Source: Malacoraja senta (taxonomy: Eukaryota). From it: 64,000 nt of DNA. Numbering within the stretch: position 1 is the first letter of the stretch; the number at the start of each line of letters is the position of its first letter. Positions 13,001 to 25,700 of this stretch are shown one piece after another. Under the pieces are notes generated by a model that was not told the DNA's origin, did no database searches, and worked only from the letters and a program-made list of their open reading frames with translations. Where the stretch lies: assembly GCA_038087875.1 (NCBI GenBank), contig CM075994.1:8558001-8622000 (forward strand). Direction: 5' to 3'. Position numbers and translations under genes: made by a program.

Positions 13001-14458
13001 TGCCTCATACGGCAACTCTGGCCAGATTCCCGAGCCTGTCTCGAAAGGTAATCCTGGCCATAATACTGAGCCTGCCTCAAAAGACAACTCTGGTCATAAT
13101 TCTGAGCCTGCCTCGAAAGACAACTCTGGCCTAATGTCCGAGCCTGTCTCGAAAGGTAATCTTGGCCATAATACTGAGCCTGCCTCGAAAGATAACTCTG
13201 GCACCAATTCCAAGCCATACTAGGTACCCTGTATACTGCCATAATAATCCAATCACATGTTATAATTTTCAATATATAACGGATCTGAATCTCATGTGAT
13301 TATTGTCATTTGTACAAACCCAAGTGTAAATATTACCAACTTGTAAATGGTCCACTTACCCCATGTTTCGAAAGAATCAGACCCACCTGCCTCCATGGTT
13401 ACCGCTGGTCTTATAATAAGTCCCTGGACCTTGGCCAGCTTTCAAGCTGCCACCAGCTTCAGTGAACTGCTACTGCCGATGAGGCGTGGGGCTTGTCGTC
13501 GCCGATATGATGAAACTTTTGCTTCCTCATCCAGGTATACCTGTTTGATAAGTCTTACCTGAAGAGAAGACTCGGCGACCCCCTGATAGTGCTGTACACT
13601 GCCGGCACTTGTAGCGTGAGGGGAACTCTGGCCCCTTCCGGGTTTTCTGCCAACGGCTGGAACCAATTCTTCCGGCAGTAACCCCTTCGCTTGCGAGTAT
13701 TTCCTCGCACTCCTCTCCACAGAGAGGGAGATTCGTAGGCAGCCCTGAAAACAGGTGCTGCCGCAGGCTCCTGAGGATACCTGCGCTGACATGGCCCCTC
13801 CTACAGACCTATATCATGATTTTTGGTCTAAGTCAGACTGAAACTGACCCTGAATGCTCTCCTCCTCAGAGAGGGAGACATTGTGCAGCCTCGAAACAGG
13901 TGCCGCTGCCGCGGGCCCCCGAGGAGACCCGTGCTGATAACTCCCTCCTTTGGAGTATATCATAGTGGAGCAACCTCTCCATCAGGTGCTCCATGTGGGT
14001 TTAGGCGTCCGTAGACGCACCCATTGAAGGAGGGGAACCCTCCTGCCCGACTTGCTAGAGTCCCAAGGCCTGACCGGCTTACTGCTGGTTTGGCCCCTTT
14101 CTGGGGCACCATAGCGGTCTAGGAACCGCTGACCGCACTGTCAGTGACTCGGGTGGCGAGACCGGCTTACTGCTGGTTTTACCCCCTTTGTGGGGAACCA
14201 TAGCGGTCTGGGAGCCCCTGACCCCATTGTCAGCGACTTGGGTTGCGAGCCCGAAACTGGCCGCCGTCCAGACTGGGATCTCCCCACGGTCCATAACCGG
14301 ATTCCCGGCGGCCCGTCCGACTTCGCCCCGAGTCCAGCAGGCAAACTCTGTAAAGAGCTTCCTGCAACAGTAGACATAAGTTTTGAAACTTAGCTGAAGA
14401 TTTAAACTTACCGCTGGCAGGAGCAGCGCGCCTGCCAGTCAGTCGTTGCACAATGCGT
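10071..14458 (-). mobile_element. Degenerate DIRS1-type tyrosine-recombinase retrotransposon lacking its left terminus
   Basis: Homologous in reverse orientation to 56514-61255: right terminus at 10071, intact internal complementary region ~10287-10399, decayed YR/MT/RH/RT remnants (DSTKK..WEVFC, LDHKV..DIMAR, KDGGCRFIIDLT), leader up to 14458. Confidence 0.9.
13011..13205. repeat. 36-bp tandem repeat (about 5.4 units) inside the DIRS RT region
   Basis: Unit such as gtaatcctggccataatactgagcctgcctcaaaag; 12-aa periodicity in ORF 12862-13272. Confidence 0.9.
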
Positions 14459-15593
14459 ATGAATTACAGATTTCTTACATAGCTTCAATTTTTTTAATTT
14501 TTTTAAAGAATAAAGATAAAGAGAGAAAAAGATAAGAGAAACTGTAAACTAATAGAGAGAGAAAGAAGTCGAAGAAAGAAATTACAAATAACAAGATTGT
14601 GGAGATAGATCCAGGAGATATTAAGTATAATTATTCATCCAATCCCAAACTCAAGTTTCAACCCTGATTTTGTCTTAAACCAATTCACTTTAAAAAAAAA
14701 TCAATAAAGGGAGACCATATTCTAACAAATAATTCTGGTTTGTCAATTAAGACAAATCTTATTTTTTCCAAATGCTAGGTCTCAGTCATTTCCATAATCC
14801 ACATATTAATTGTGAGGGCTGCTGGTTTTTTCCAAAATTTCAGTATTAATTTTTTCGCAGTTATTAGACTGTAATCAAGAAATTGTCTCTGACATCGTGA
14901 AATTTATCCTATGTTCTGATAATCGTAATATTATTAATTTTGGATCTGGATCCAGTTGGTTATTGATAACTTCAGAAATAATTTTTTAAATGTCCGTCCA
15001 AAAATTTTGAATGTTTATACAAGTTACAAAAGTGTGGGTTTAGTTGGCTTCTTGAAATTGACATTTATCACAAAGAGGGGAAAAACTTGGAAAGATCCTG
15101 TTGAATTTTGTCTTTGAATAATGTAATCTATATAGTATTTTAAATTGTATCAAGGAGTGCCTAGCATTTAACGAACAATGGTGTATATATTGTAAGCTTT
15201 CATCCCATGTGTCTTTCATTATGGGTTGAGCCAACTCGTCTTCCTATGCTCGTCTGTATGATTCTGAAGACGGAACCTCAGTATCTAAGAGGATATTATA
15301 AATATAAGATATTAATTTATTTGTATTGGGATGTCTGTTCAAACATTCATCAAGGGATTCTGGACCCCTAAATCTATAGTCTTGCGTGCGTAGTTTTACA
15401 TAGTCTCTAAGTTGCAAATATCTAAAAGAATTATTAGCATGTAACTCATATTTCTGCTGTAATTCCCGAAATGAGAGAAAAATGCCTTTTTGATAAAGGT
15501 CTCCCACCGTTTTAATTCCATGGATTTTCCATTGAACAAATCCTCTATCTAAAACGGTTTAAATGAAGGGTTATTTGCAATGGGGAGAAACGA

Positions 15594-16172
15594 TCCTAAA
15601 TTCCAGTGAATACAAGCCCAGTCGACCCATTCTTTCATCACATGTCAGGCCCGCCACCCCGGGAATTAACCTTGTAAAACCTAAGCTGCACTCCCTCAAT
15701 AGCAAGAATGTCCTTCCTCAAATTAGGAGACCAAAACTGCACACAATGCTCCAGGTGCGGTCTCAAACAGGACCCTGTACAACTGCAGAAAGGACCTCCT
15801 TGCTCCTAAACTCAAATCCTCTTGCTATGAAGGAAAAAAACATGCCATTTGCTTGCTTCACTGCCTGCTGTACCTGCATGCTTACTTTCAGTGACTTATG
15901 TATAAGCACACGCAGTTGTACTAAAGATTTCATGGCTGATCTCTGCCTCCTAATCCCATTCTCCTGTCTTCTCCCCATACCCTTTGACACCCCTTGTAGT
16001 CAAGAAATTGTCTATCTCTGCCTTAAATATATCCTCTGATGGCCTCCACAGCCCTCTGTGGCAATGTGTTCCACAGATGCACTACCCTCTGACTAAAGAA
16101 GTTACTCCTCCTTTCAAAAAGAGCGCCCTTTAATTCTGAGGCTGTGACCTCTGGTCCTAGACTCTCCCCATC
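15594..16172 (-). mobile_element. Composite CR1 3' fragments, part of a local duplication
   Basis: SLKVSMQVQQAVKQANGM and FFSQRVV.LWN motifs; same internal junction as at 9960-10002 and 44900-44950. Confidence 0.85.
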
Positions 16173-16372
16173 NNNNNNNNNNNNNNNNNNNNNNNNNNNN
16201 NNNNNNNNNNNNNNNNNNNNNNNNNNNNNNNNNNNNNNNNNNNNNNNNNNNNNNNNNNNNNNNNNNNNNNNNNNNNNNNNNNNNNNNNNNNNNNNNNNNN
16301 NNNNNNNNNNNNNNNNNNNNNNNNNNNNNNNNNNNNNNNNNNNNNNNNNNNNNNNNNNNNNNNNNNNNNNNN
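16173..16372. other. Assembly gap (200 N)
   Basis: Run of N. Confidence 1.
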
Positions 16373-17513
16373 GGTCACTTAGCCTGTATTTGGTGAGGGT
16401 ATGTCTCTGTTTTATGTCTCTAACAGTTGAGAGATAGTCTGCCAATTTATAATCTCTTTTTAGGGCACGGTAACATTCTAATCTGCTTTGGCTTTTGGTT
16501 TCTTTATCCCAATGTTCCAAATACGTTTCTTTAAATTGTTTGATAATTTGGTTCACTCTAACTGGTGATTGGGGATCAGTATTGATCTAAGGCTGGTCAT
16601 GATTTAACTGGATAGGGTTTAACTGGTAGTTAGTCTCAGTACCAACTGACACAGGGAACTCTTTTCTCGGCTCCCCTCTTGTGTTTTAAGAGCTTTAAAC
16701 TGGAGGGTATCTGGTGGGCTACATTTAAGGTGATTCCAAAAATTTAGTGCTCTTTCCTGGATATTTATAATCAGTGGGTATCTGCCTAATTTCGCCCTAC
16801 ATGCATTTGTTGGTGTTTTCCTTTGGATGCGGAGGATGTTCCGACAAAATTCCGCATGCAGGGCCTCCGTTGTATGTTTTTCCCATTTACTAAAACTATG
16901 GTGACTGAGCGGCCCCCATACTTCACTACCATAAAGCGCAATAGGCTGGATTACACTGTCAAATATTTTAAGCCAGATTTTAATTGGAATTTGGATGTTG
17001 TAGAATCTTCTTTTTATTGCGTACAGAGCTCTTCGAGCTTTCTCTTTTAGTGCATTCACTGCCATATTGAAGCTCCCTGATGCTGCAACAGTTAGACCAA
17101 GGTAAGTATAGCTCATAGTGTGTTCGATAATAATACCATTGAGAGTAAATTTGTATTTATCTTCCTGACATCCGTGTCTTTTCTGAAAAAATCATGATGT
17201 TGGTTTTCTTTAGATTTACTGCCAAGGCCCAATTTTGGCAGTACTTATCAAGTAGGTCCAACTGTTGCTGCAGTCTCTGTTCTGTGGGGGACAGCAGAAT
17301 CAAGTCATCCAGATAAAACAGAGATTTTACCTCTCTGTCCAGAAGACAGAGGCCCGGCGCAGTGCTCTGGTCCAGCTTTACTGCCAAATCGTTGATATAT
17401 GCATTAAACAGTGTCGGCCTCAGATTGCAGCCTTGCTGGACGCCTCTTCTCTGGGCGAAGAGATCAGTGCGTTTGTCCCCAATTTTTACGCCACATTTAT
17501 TATTCAGATACAT
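16373..17513 (-). mobile_element. Degenerate non-LTR retrotransposon RT/ORF2 fragment distinct from CR1 (possibly RTE-X/Crack-like)
   Basis: GVQQGCNL.PTLFN.YINDL, LFYLDD, YTYLG, IALYGSEVWG, LTKYRLSD across frameshifted ORFs. Confidence 0.8.
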
Positions 17514-17527
17514 TGATTTTTTTTGTT

Positions 17528-17561
17528 TCTCTCTCTCCCTCTCTCTCTCTCTCTCCCTCTC

Positions 17562-17606
<45 letters not shown>

Positions 17607-17609
17607 GTC

Positions 17610-17679
<70 letters not shown>
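17528..17679. repeat. (CT)n microsatellite
   Basis: Direct inspection. Confidence 0.98.
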
Positions 17680-17683
<4 letters not shown>

Positions 17684-19719
17684 GCTGTCAAACAACTGGC
17701 CCGCGAACGGGTCCAATCCGGCCCGCGGGAAGATTTGGAGGGAAGAAAAGTAGTTTAGTTTCTCCCGTGCAGATGGTGTGATAGGTGAGACACGGCGGTG
17801 GTCCCACCCTGAGGCACCGCTCACACCTCCCACCCTCACCTCCGGCGGCTCTGTGTCCGTCGGCCGCTCTGTCCACACCGCATGGAGTTTTAACCCCGGC
17901 CCAGAGCCAGGAGCGGACCGGGTGAATGGGGGCGTCGGTGCCACCACCGGAGCCGCGGGGATGAATCTCAGGCGAAGGCTCCGCTCCGATGCCCGACCCC
18001 TGGGTCACTGACCCACACCTCCCCTGGACACCGGGGTCGCTGACCCTCACCTCCCCCGGACCCCAGCTGACACAGAGCACCTAGGCCGGCTCGCATTCCC
18101 GGGGAGGGGGGAAGGGAGGGAAATGCTGCCCGGACATCGCCAAGTCTCCGCTCACTCCAGGTGTTGTCGCCGCTTCACTGACACACACAATCTAACACAC
18201 ACTCTCACACACACACTGGCACACACTCTCTCACACACACCCTCACACACGCAGGCATACACCCTCACACATACATTCTCACACACAACCTCACACTCTC
18301 TCACACACAACCTAACACACACCCTTGCACTCACACCCTGACACACACCAGGTTTAAAGGAATATGGGCCAAATGCGTATAAATGGGACTAGTTTAGATG
18401 GGGCACCTTCATCTGCATTGACAAGTTGGAATGAAGGGCATGTTTCCATGCTGTAAGACTATGACACACTGTAGAAAGTGTGCAATTGCTCTGGAGAGGA
18501 TCCAGGGGCGATTTATGAGATGCTGGTTTAAACAGAAGATAGACACTGAAAGCTGGAATAAATCAGCAGGCCAGGCAGCATCTCTGGAGAGAAAAAATAG
18601 GTGATTTATCGGTTCGAGGCCTTCAGACTGAAGAGGTTGAAAACCAGCCATAAAACACAATGACTGGAGATGTGTGTTATCCAACTAAGGGCAGAAATCA
18701 GAATCATGTGTTCATCTTTATTGACGTGACACCATAATAAATATATTACAGAAAAAGTACGTTGGCGCAGCGGTAGAGTTGCTGCCTTGCAGCACCACAG
18801 ACCCAGATTTGATCCAGACTACGGCCGCTGTCTGTACAGTATTTGTACATTCTCCTTATGACCACATGGGCTTTCTCTGGATATTCTGGTTTCTCCCACA
18901 CCTGAAAGAAGTGAAGGTTTGTAGGTTAATTGGCTTCTGTAAATTGTCCCTGGCGTGTAGGATACAACTGGTGTATGGTAGAATGCTGGTCGGTGTGGAC
19001 TTGGTGGGCGGAAGGGACTGTTTCCAAATATAAATGTTTTGCATATATATCTTAATTTCATTGAACCATATACGGTTGAATATGTGACATTATTTGCGTC
19101 ATGTTTCTATAGTCAAAGGGCAAGGTTGATTGATTTATTTGTGCAGAACAGTGATGGAAGTGACTCCTCTTGCCTTGTTTCAATGTTTTTGTTTCTCCAT
19201 ATATATACATAACAACATGAATTATAATCTGATTTCCATACATGAATATACTAAGGTCATTCATGTACTGCACCTGTTGATCAGAGCCTGGCTCTACTGT
19301 GGAATGTAATTAGGAATGTAATTTAACCTAGCCTTATTCATACCTAATCCAATGTAAAGCATAAATGATGCATTCAAGTGTAAGTTAAAAGACTCGCTAT
19401 AGTATGCACAAGATTGCACAATTTCAAGCTGAAAAATGCAAAAGCTCCTTATCCTTCTCACTCTCAACTATCACCCAATGATGGCAGCCCTGCTGACCAC
19501 AATGAGCAGATAAGAGTGTGTGGAAAGGAACAGTCTGAGAAACTACAAAGTACACTAACAATTCAAGAACTCTCTGATCTTCCTCTGCACTTTAGTAAGT
19601 TTCATTTGTACAGTCCTTGAATAAGTGGCTACTGTTTGATTCACTTCAGAGTCCTGAGAGTTCAGGGCATGTGTACGAACAACAGAAGCCTTTAGAAAGG
19701 TTAGAAGATAAAATATATA

Positions 19720-19725
<6 letters not shown>

Positions 19726-19812
<87 letters not shown>
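19726..19812. repeat. (GA)n microsatellite
   Basis: Direct inspection. Confidence 0.98.
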
Positions 19813-19815
<3 letters not shown>

Positions 19816-20088
19816 TGAAGAAGGGTCTTGACGGGAAACGGTCACCCATTCCTTCTCTCCAGAGATGCTGCCTGTCCCGCTGAGTTACTCCAGCACTTTG
19901 TGTCTATCTCCGGTGTAAGCCAGCATCTGCAGTTCCCTCCCACACGAAAGATCAAATCTGCTAGCTTTGGGAGCAGCAAAAGTGCCAAGAGGGAGGGAAA
20001 ATCACAGAGTGCTGGAGGAACTGAGAGATCCATTCTGATCGTTCACCGTCAAAATTTCCCACTGTATCCCAGTACAGTACACAGCTAG

Positions 20089-20385
20089 GGCAGCACAGTG
20101 GTGCAGCGGTAGAGTTGCTGCCTTACAGCGCCAGAGATCCGGGTTCGATCCCGATTATGGGTGCTGTCTGTACAGAGTTTGTACGTTCTCCCGGTGACCT
20201 GCGTGGATTTTCTCTGGGTGCTCCGGTTTCCTCCCACACTCCAAAGACGTAGGTTAATTGGCTTGGTATAAGTGTAAATTGTCCCTAGTATGTGTAGGAT
20301 AGTGTTAGTGTGCGGGGATCGCTGGTCGGCGCGGACTCGGTGGGCTGAAGGGCCTGTTTCCGCGCTGTATCTCTAAACTAAACTA
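20089..20385 (+). mobile_element. tRNA-derived V-SINE (HE1-like), representative full copy; further copies at about 7555+, 18760+, 21555+, 22356-, 23435-, 24476+, 25800-, 26090+, 41328-, 43663+, 44248-, 45820-, 49960+, 52180+, 53908+
   Basis: tRNA head with A box (tggtgcagcggt) and B box (ggttcgatcc), central V-domain-like gtacgttctccc..ctccggtttcctcccacactccaaagac, LINE-like tail gggccgaagggcctgtttcc..(taaac)n. Confidence 0.88.
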
Positions 20386-21954
20386 AGCTAACCACGTGAC
20401 CATGAAAAACCTAAACAGATACCTATCCAAATATTTATCACAGATATTTCTCTCCACCCCACCCATTAGGGAGAGGGAAACGAGAGATATGGAAGGGTAA
20501 GGTGTGAAAACGAGGGATCAAAGGGGATGTAGATCAAGGAAAATGTAAAATCATTGTTAGGTCGGGGAAGGTGAAAACGAGATATAAAGATAAAATGTAA
20601 TCAGGAGGACAGTCAGACTGGTTGGAGAACTGGGAAGGGGGAGGGAAGGAGAGAGAGGGAAAGCAAGGGTTACTTGAAGTTAGAGAAGTCAATGTTCATA
20701 CCGCTGGGGTGTAAGCTGCCCGTGAAATATGAGGTGCTGTTCCTCCAATTAGCGCTGGGCCTCACTCTGACAGTGGAGGAAGCCCAGGACAGAAAGGTCA
20801 GTGTGGGAATGGGAGGGGGAGTTAAAGTGTTTGGCAACCAGGAGATCAGGTAGGTCTAGGCAGAACCAGAGGACATAAGTTTAAGGTGAGGGGGAAAGAT
20901 TCAATAATAACCTGAGGGGCAACTTTTCCACTGGGAGTATGGCACGAGCTGCCGGAGGAGGTAGTTGAGGCAGGGACTATCGCTACATTTAAAAGACATT
21001 TGGATAGGTACGTGGGTAGGACAGGTTTGGTGGGAAATTGGCCTATGGGACTAGTCTAGATGGGGCATGTTGGTCGGTAAGGCCCCCAATATAATCAAGG
21101 ACGTTCTCCCTTCTCCCATCAGGCAAGAGGTGCAGACGTTTGAAAACGCACACCTCCAGATTCAGGGACAGTTTATGAGTTATGAGTTGATGAGTATAGT
21201 TCATTATCACTTGTACCGAGGTACAGTGAAAAGTTTTTGTTGCGTGCTAACCAGTCAGCGGAAAGACAATACATGATTACAATCGAGCCGTCCACAGCGT
21301 ACAGACACATGATGAAGAGAATAACATGAATAACGTTTAGTGCAAGATAAAGTCCGATCAAAGATTGTCTGTGGTCTCCAATGAGGTAGATAATAGCTCA
21401 GGACTGTTCTCTAGTTGTAGTGTTAATGTGCAGGGATCGCTGGTCGGTGCGGACTCGGTGGGCCGAAGGCCTGTTTCCACGCTGCATCTCTAAACTAAAC
21501 TAAATTATTTGTAAGAAGGAATTCCATATGTTGCTCTACACTGAAAATGGATGGGCAGCCACGGTGGTGCAGCGGTAAAGTTGCTGCCTTACAGCGCTTG
21601 CCCGAGACCTAGATTAGATCCTGACTACGGGCGCTGTCTGTACGGAGTTTGCACGTTGGCCCCGTGACCTGCGTTGGGTTTTTCCGCTGAGATCTTCGGT
21701 TTCCTCCCACGCTCCAAAGACGTACAGGTTTGTAGGTTAATTGGCTTGGTGTGTGTGTAAATTGTCTCTAGCGTGTCAGTGTGTGGGGATTGCTGGTCGG
21801 TGTGGACTCGGTGGGCCGAAGGGCCTCTTTCCGTGCTGTATCTCTAGACTAAACCAAAAATGTAAAATGGACACATAATGCTGGAGTAACTCAGCGCATC
21901 AGACAACATCAGTAGGATCAGATGGGTCACCTATTCCTTTTCTTCAGAGATGCT

Positions 21955-22312
21955 ACGATACGATACGATACGATAGAACTTTATTGATCCCAGGAGGGAA
22001 ATTGATCTGCCAGCAGTAAAAAAAACAACACAAGACACATGAAATATGAAATTAAAGTGATGAGTGGAAAGAATGGGGATGGGGAGTCAGTCTCAGTCTA
22101 CCCCACGACAGAAGGGGGAGGAGTTGTACACTTTGATAGCCACAGGGAAGAAGGATCTCCTGTGGCGTTCTGTGCTGCATCTTGGTGGAACCAGTCTGTT
22201 GCTGAAGGTGCTCCTCAGGTTGACCAGTGCGTCATGGAGAGGGTGAGCTGTTATTGTCCAGGATGCTCCGCAGTTTGAGGAGCATCCTCCCCTCCAAGAC
22301 CACCTCACCTGA
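21955..22312 (-). mobile_element. Rex1/Babar-type LINE 3' fragment
   Basis: HPLH..L....STFSNRL..PRC.TER.RRSFFP.AI..YN; (tatcg)n tail. Confidence 0.8.
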
Positions 22313-22682
22313 CTGTCCCCCAATATTTTGTGTCTTAAACTTATCTGTCAACTTAGTCTAGAGATTGAGCACGGAAACAGGCCCTTTGGCCCACCCAGTC
22401 CGCACCGACCAGCGATCCCCGCACACTAACACTGCCCTACACACACTGGGGGCCATTTACACTTACACCGAGCCAAGTAACCTACAAACCTGCGCGTCTG
22501 TGGAGTGTGGGAGAAAGTGGAAGATCTCGGAGAAAACCCCACGCGGGTCACGGGGAGAACGTTGCAGACAGCGCCCGTGGTCGGGATCGATCCCGGGTCT
22601 CCGGCGCCGCGAGCGCTGTGAGGCAGTGACTCTACCGCCCCGCCACCGCGGCTGCCCGAATCCAACTCTAGCCTGTGGCCCC

Positions 22683-23209
22683 TTAAACCTGCAGGGCGGC
22701 CATTTTCAGAGACCCATCTTTACAAGCAGTCCAGAAGAAAGGGTGAAGCCTCCCAGTGAAGACGTCGGAGAAGGTGTAGAGATGGGACATGTCGTCGGCG
22801 TCACACATGGACACCTGCCCGGCGGCATAGTCCAGGTACACCCCAACCCGCCTGGGCTTCCGCTTGGGCTGGAGGTGGGTAGGGGGTGAGGTGAGGGCCT
22901 GGTACCTCCAGAGGAAGAGTTCCACGGCCCAGCAGCCGTTGGAGGGTCTCAGGGTGATGTCGGTCTTCCTCTGGATGGAGCCCTTGGCCACGCCGACGAT
23001 CCAGGCCGAGTTGTCCTCCACCTCCACCTGCCAGTAGTGCCGGCCGGCGGTGAAGGCCTCCGCCCCCAGGACGCACAGGCAGGCGGTGAACCGCTCCGCG
23101 TTCTCCGCCACGTCCCGCCTCTCCTTCACCAGACGCACCTCGGTCCGGTCATCCGACACCTCCAGGAACGGGTTGGCCGTCCGCGGGTCAAGGGTCAAGC
23201 CGATCGGAA
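22683..23209 (-). CDS. TRIM gene terminal exon (PRY/SPRY, B30.2 domain)
   Basis: ctgcag|VPIGLTLDPRTANPFL...CVLG.E.F..GRHYWQVEV...W.VGVA...RVGVYLDY..G.V...LHPFF; stop TAA at 22683-22685; spliced CDS 1287 bp, open throughout. Confidence 0.95.
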
Positions 23210-23892
23210 CTGCAGGGAATGTAAAAAGAGAGGGGTTGGTTGGAAGGACCTGCAGACGCCGGTTTACACCGAAGGTGGTTATGATACCAGTTACAAATAC
23301 CAGTTCACGTGCACCGACGTACATTCACAAGCTTTTCTTGATGGGGGGGGGGGGTGATAGAAGTCCAAAGAAGGGTCTCGAACCGAAACGTCACCCATTC
23401 CTTCTCTCCAGAGATGCTGCCTGTCCTGCTGAGTTTAGTTTAATTTAGTTTAGAGATACAGCGAAGAAACAGGCCCTTCCGCCCATCGAGTCTGCGCCTG
23501 CCAGCGATCCCCGCACACTCACATTATCCTACACACACTAGGGATAATTTGACACTTAGGCCAAGCCAATTAACCTACAAACCTGTACGTCCTTGAAGTG
23601 TGGGAGGAAACTGAAGGTCACAGAGAAAACGTACAAACTCTGTACACACAGCACCCGTAGTCAGGATCAAACCAGAGTCTCTGGCGCTGTGAGGTAGCAA
23701 CTCTACCACTGCGCCACCATTCCACCGGGTTGGTAGGAAGGAACTGCAGATGCTGGTTTACACCGAAGAGGGGGAGTGATGGAAGTCTGAAGATGGGTCT
23801 CGACCTGACACGTCCATTCCTTCTCTCCAGAGATGCTGCCTGTCCCGCTGAGTTACTCCAGTATTCTGTGTCTATCTTCGAGTGATAGGTTA

Positions 23893-24408
23893 CATAGATA
23901 CATAGAAAATAGGTGCAGGAGTAGGCCATTCGGCCCTTCGAGCCTGCACCGCCATTCAATATGATCATGGCTGATCATCCAACTCAGTATCCCGTACCTG
24001 CCTTCTCTCCATACCCCCTGATCCCTTTAGCCACAAGGGCCACATCTAACTCCCTGTTAAATATAGCCAATGAACTGGCGTCAACTACCCTCTGTGGCAG
24101 AGAGTTCCAGAGATTCACCACTCTCTGTGTGAAAAAGTTTTTCCTCATCTCGGTCTTAAAGGATTTCCCCCTTATCCTTAAGCTGTGACCCCTTGTCCTG
24201 GACTTCCCCAACATCGGGAACAATCTTCCTGCATCTAGCCTGTCCAACCCCATAAGAATGTTGTACGTTTCTATAAGATCCCCTCTCAATCTCCTAAATT
24301 CTAGCGAGTATAAGCCAAGTCTATCCAGTCTTTCTTCATATGAAAGTCCTGACATCCCAGGAATCAGTCTGGTGAACCTTCTCTGCACTCCCTCTATGGC
24401 TATAATGC
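23893..24408 (-). mobile_element. CR1 3' fragment, same subfamily as the intact copy
   Basis: ORF 23984-24388 is nearly identical to the C-terminus of ORF2 34393-37485. Confidence 0.92.
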
Positions 24409-24799
24409 AGGTTGGGTGGGGAGTTTGATTTGCAGGTGGGTTCGGGCTGGAGATGAACGTTCTGGCTCAGCTTTAGGGCAGCACGGTGGCGCAGCTGGTA
24501 GAGTTGCTGCCTCACAGCGTCAGAGATACGGGCTCAATCTACGGGTGCTGTCTGCACGGAGTTTTACGTTCTCCCAGTGACCGCGTGGGTTTTCTCCGGG
24601 TGCTCCGGTTTCTTCTCACACTCCAAAGACGTCCAGGTTTGTAGGTTAAATTGGCTTCTGTAAATTGTAGATTGTCCCTAGATTGTGTGTAGGATAGAAC
24701 TAGTGTGAAAGAGCGATCGCTGGTCGGCGTGGACTCTGTGGGCCGCAGGACCCGTTTCCACGCTGCAACTCTAAACTAAACTAAACTAAACTTCACTTA

Positions 24800-25385
24800 A
24801 GATAGACACAAAGTGTTGGAGTAACTCAGCGGGTCGGGCAGCATCTCTGGAGAATAAATATGGGCGATGTTTCGGGTCGGGATCCTTCTTCAGACTGAAA
24901 ATTGAGGTGAGGGATCTGGAGGTAGGAAAAGGCGGAGCAAAGCAGGGCCGGCAACGTATGACCAAGGAAGGGTGGAGCCCACAATGGCCCATTGTTGGCT
25001 GGAGAAGAGGCGTTAACGAGAGAGACGCAGGGATGCAAACAGTAAAACTAGCAGGATGAAAAGGGTGGGGAAGGGATGGCGAGAGAGGGAAACCTAGGGT
25101 TACTTGAAGCTAGAGAAGTCAATGTTCATACCGCTGAGGTGCGAACTGCCCAAGTGAAATATGAGATGCTGTTTCTCCAATTAGCGCTGGGCCTCCCTCT
25201 GACAGTGGAGGAGGCCCAGGACAGAAAGGTCAGTGTGGGAATGGGAGGGGGAGTTAAAGTGTTTGGCAACCGGGAGATCAGGTAGGTTTAGGCGGACTGA
25301 GCGGAGGTGTTCAGCGGAACGATCGCCGAGCCTGCGCTTGGTCTCGCCGATGTACAGGAGCCCACACCTGGAACAGCGGATACGG
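24800..25385 (-). mobile_element. Penelope-like element 3' remnant (GIY-YIG endonuclease plus terminal repeat); related remnants at about 20620-20860, 27290-27770, 30243-30680, 37866-38100, 43145-43530, 46200-46780, 51030-51184
   Basis: IRCSRCGLLYIGETKRRLGDR.AEHLRSVR...PVAKHFNSPSH GIY-YIG signature; 3' region carries the ctgaagaagg..cccgaaac motif. Confidence 0.82.
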
Positions 25386-25590
25386 TGGGCTGAAGAAGGG
25401 CCTCGACCTGAAGCAGATACCCGAATCCTGTCCCGCTGAGTTACTCCAACATTTGGTGTCGATCCTCTACTGTGACGTTCTCTGTTCAACATTCGGTATA
25501 GACACTGTTTGATCACCAGGCGATCAGGTAGGTCCAGGCGGACTGAGCGTCATTGATTCTTAACATTTAAGACCTTAGACATGTCCTTAC

Positions 25591-25700
25591 CTGGGCTAAT
25601 GACATTCAACATTTGTTTCCAGATGGTGTACAGGGTTGGGCCACAGAAATCCCCCATGGTCAGGTCCACAGAGACCTTAGTCGACTGGTTGGACTTGGCC
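25591..25700 (-). CDS. TRIM gene coding exon 5 (110 bp)
   Basis: atccag|g AKSNQSTKVSVDLTMGDFCGPTLYTIWKQMLNVISP g|gtaagg; G.F.GP..Y..WK.M motif as in TRIM69/A33/NF7-like proteins; phase 2-1. Confidence 0.92.

Larger units (their letters stand above)
10003..15590 (-). mobile_element. L1/Tx1-like LINE 3' part interrupted by the DIRS copy (10003-10070 and 14459-15590)
   Basis: Poly-T/3' end at 10003-10070; ORF2 C-terminal remnants FRYLQLRDY and FKILYRLHYS..CDKC (zinc knuckle) at 15040-15507. Confidence 0.75.

Noticed and set aside
20089..20165. tRNA gene
   Set aside because: tRNA-like A/B boxes are the SINE head; the sequence continues into the SINE body and occurs in many copies
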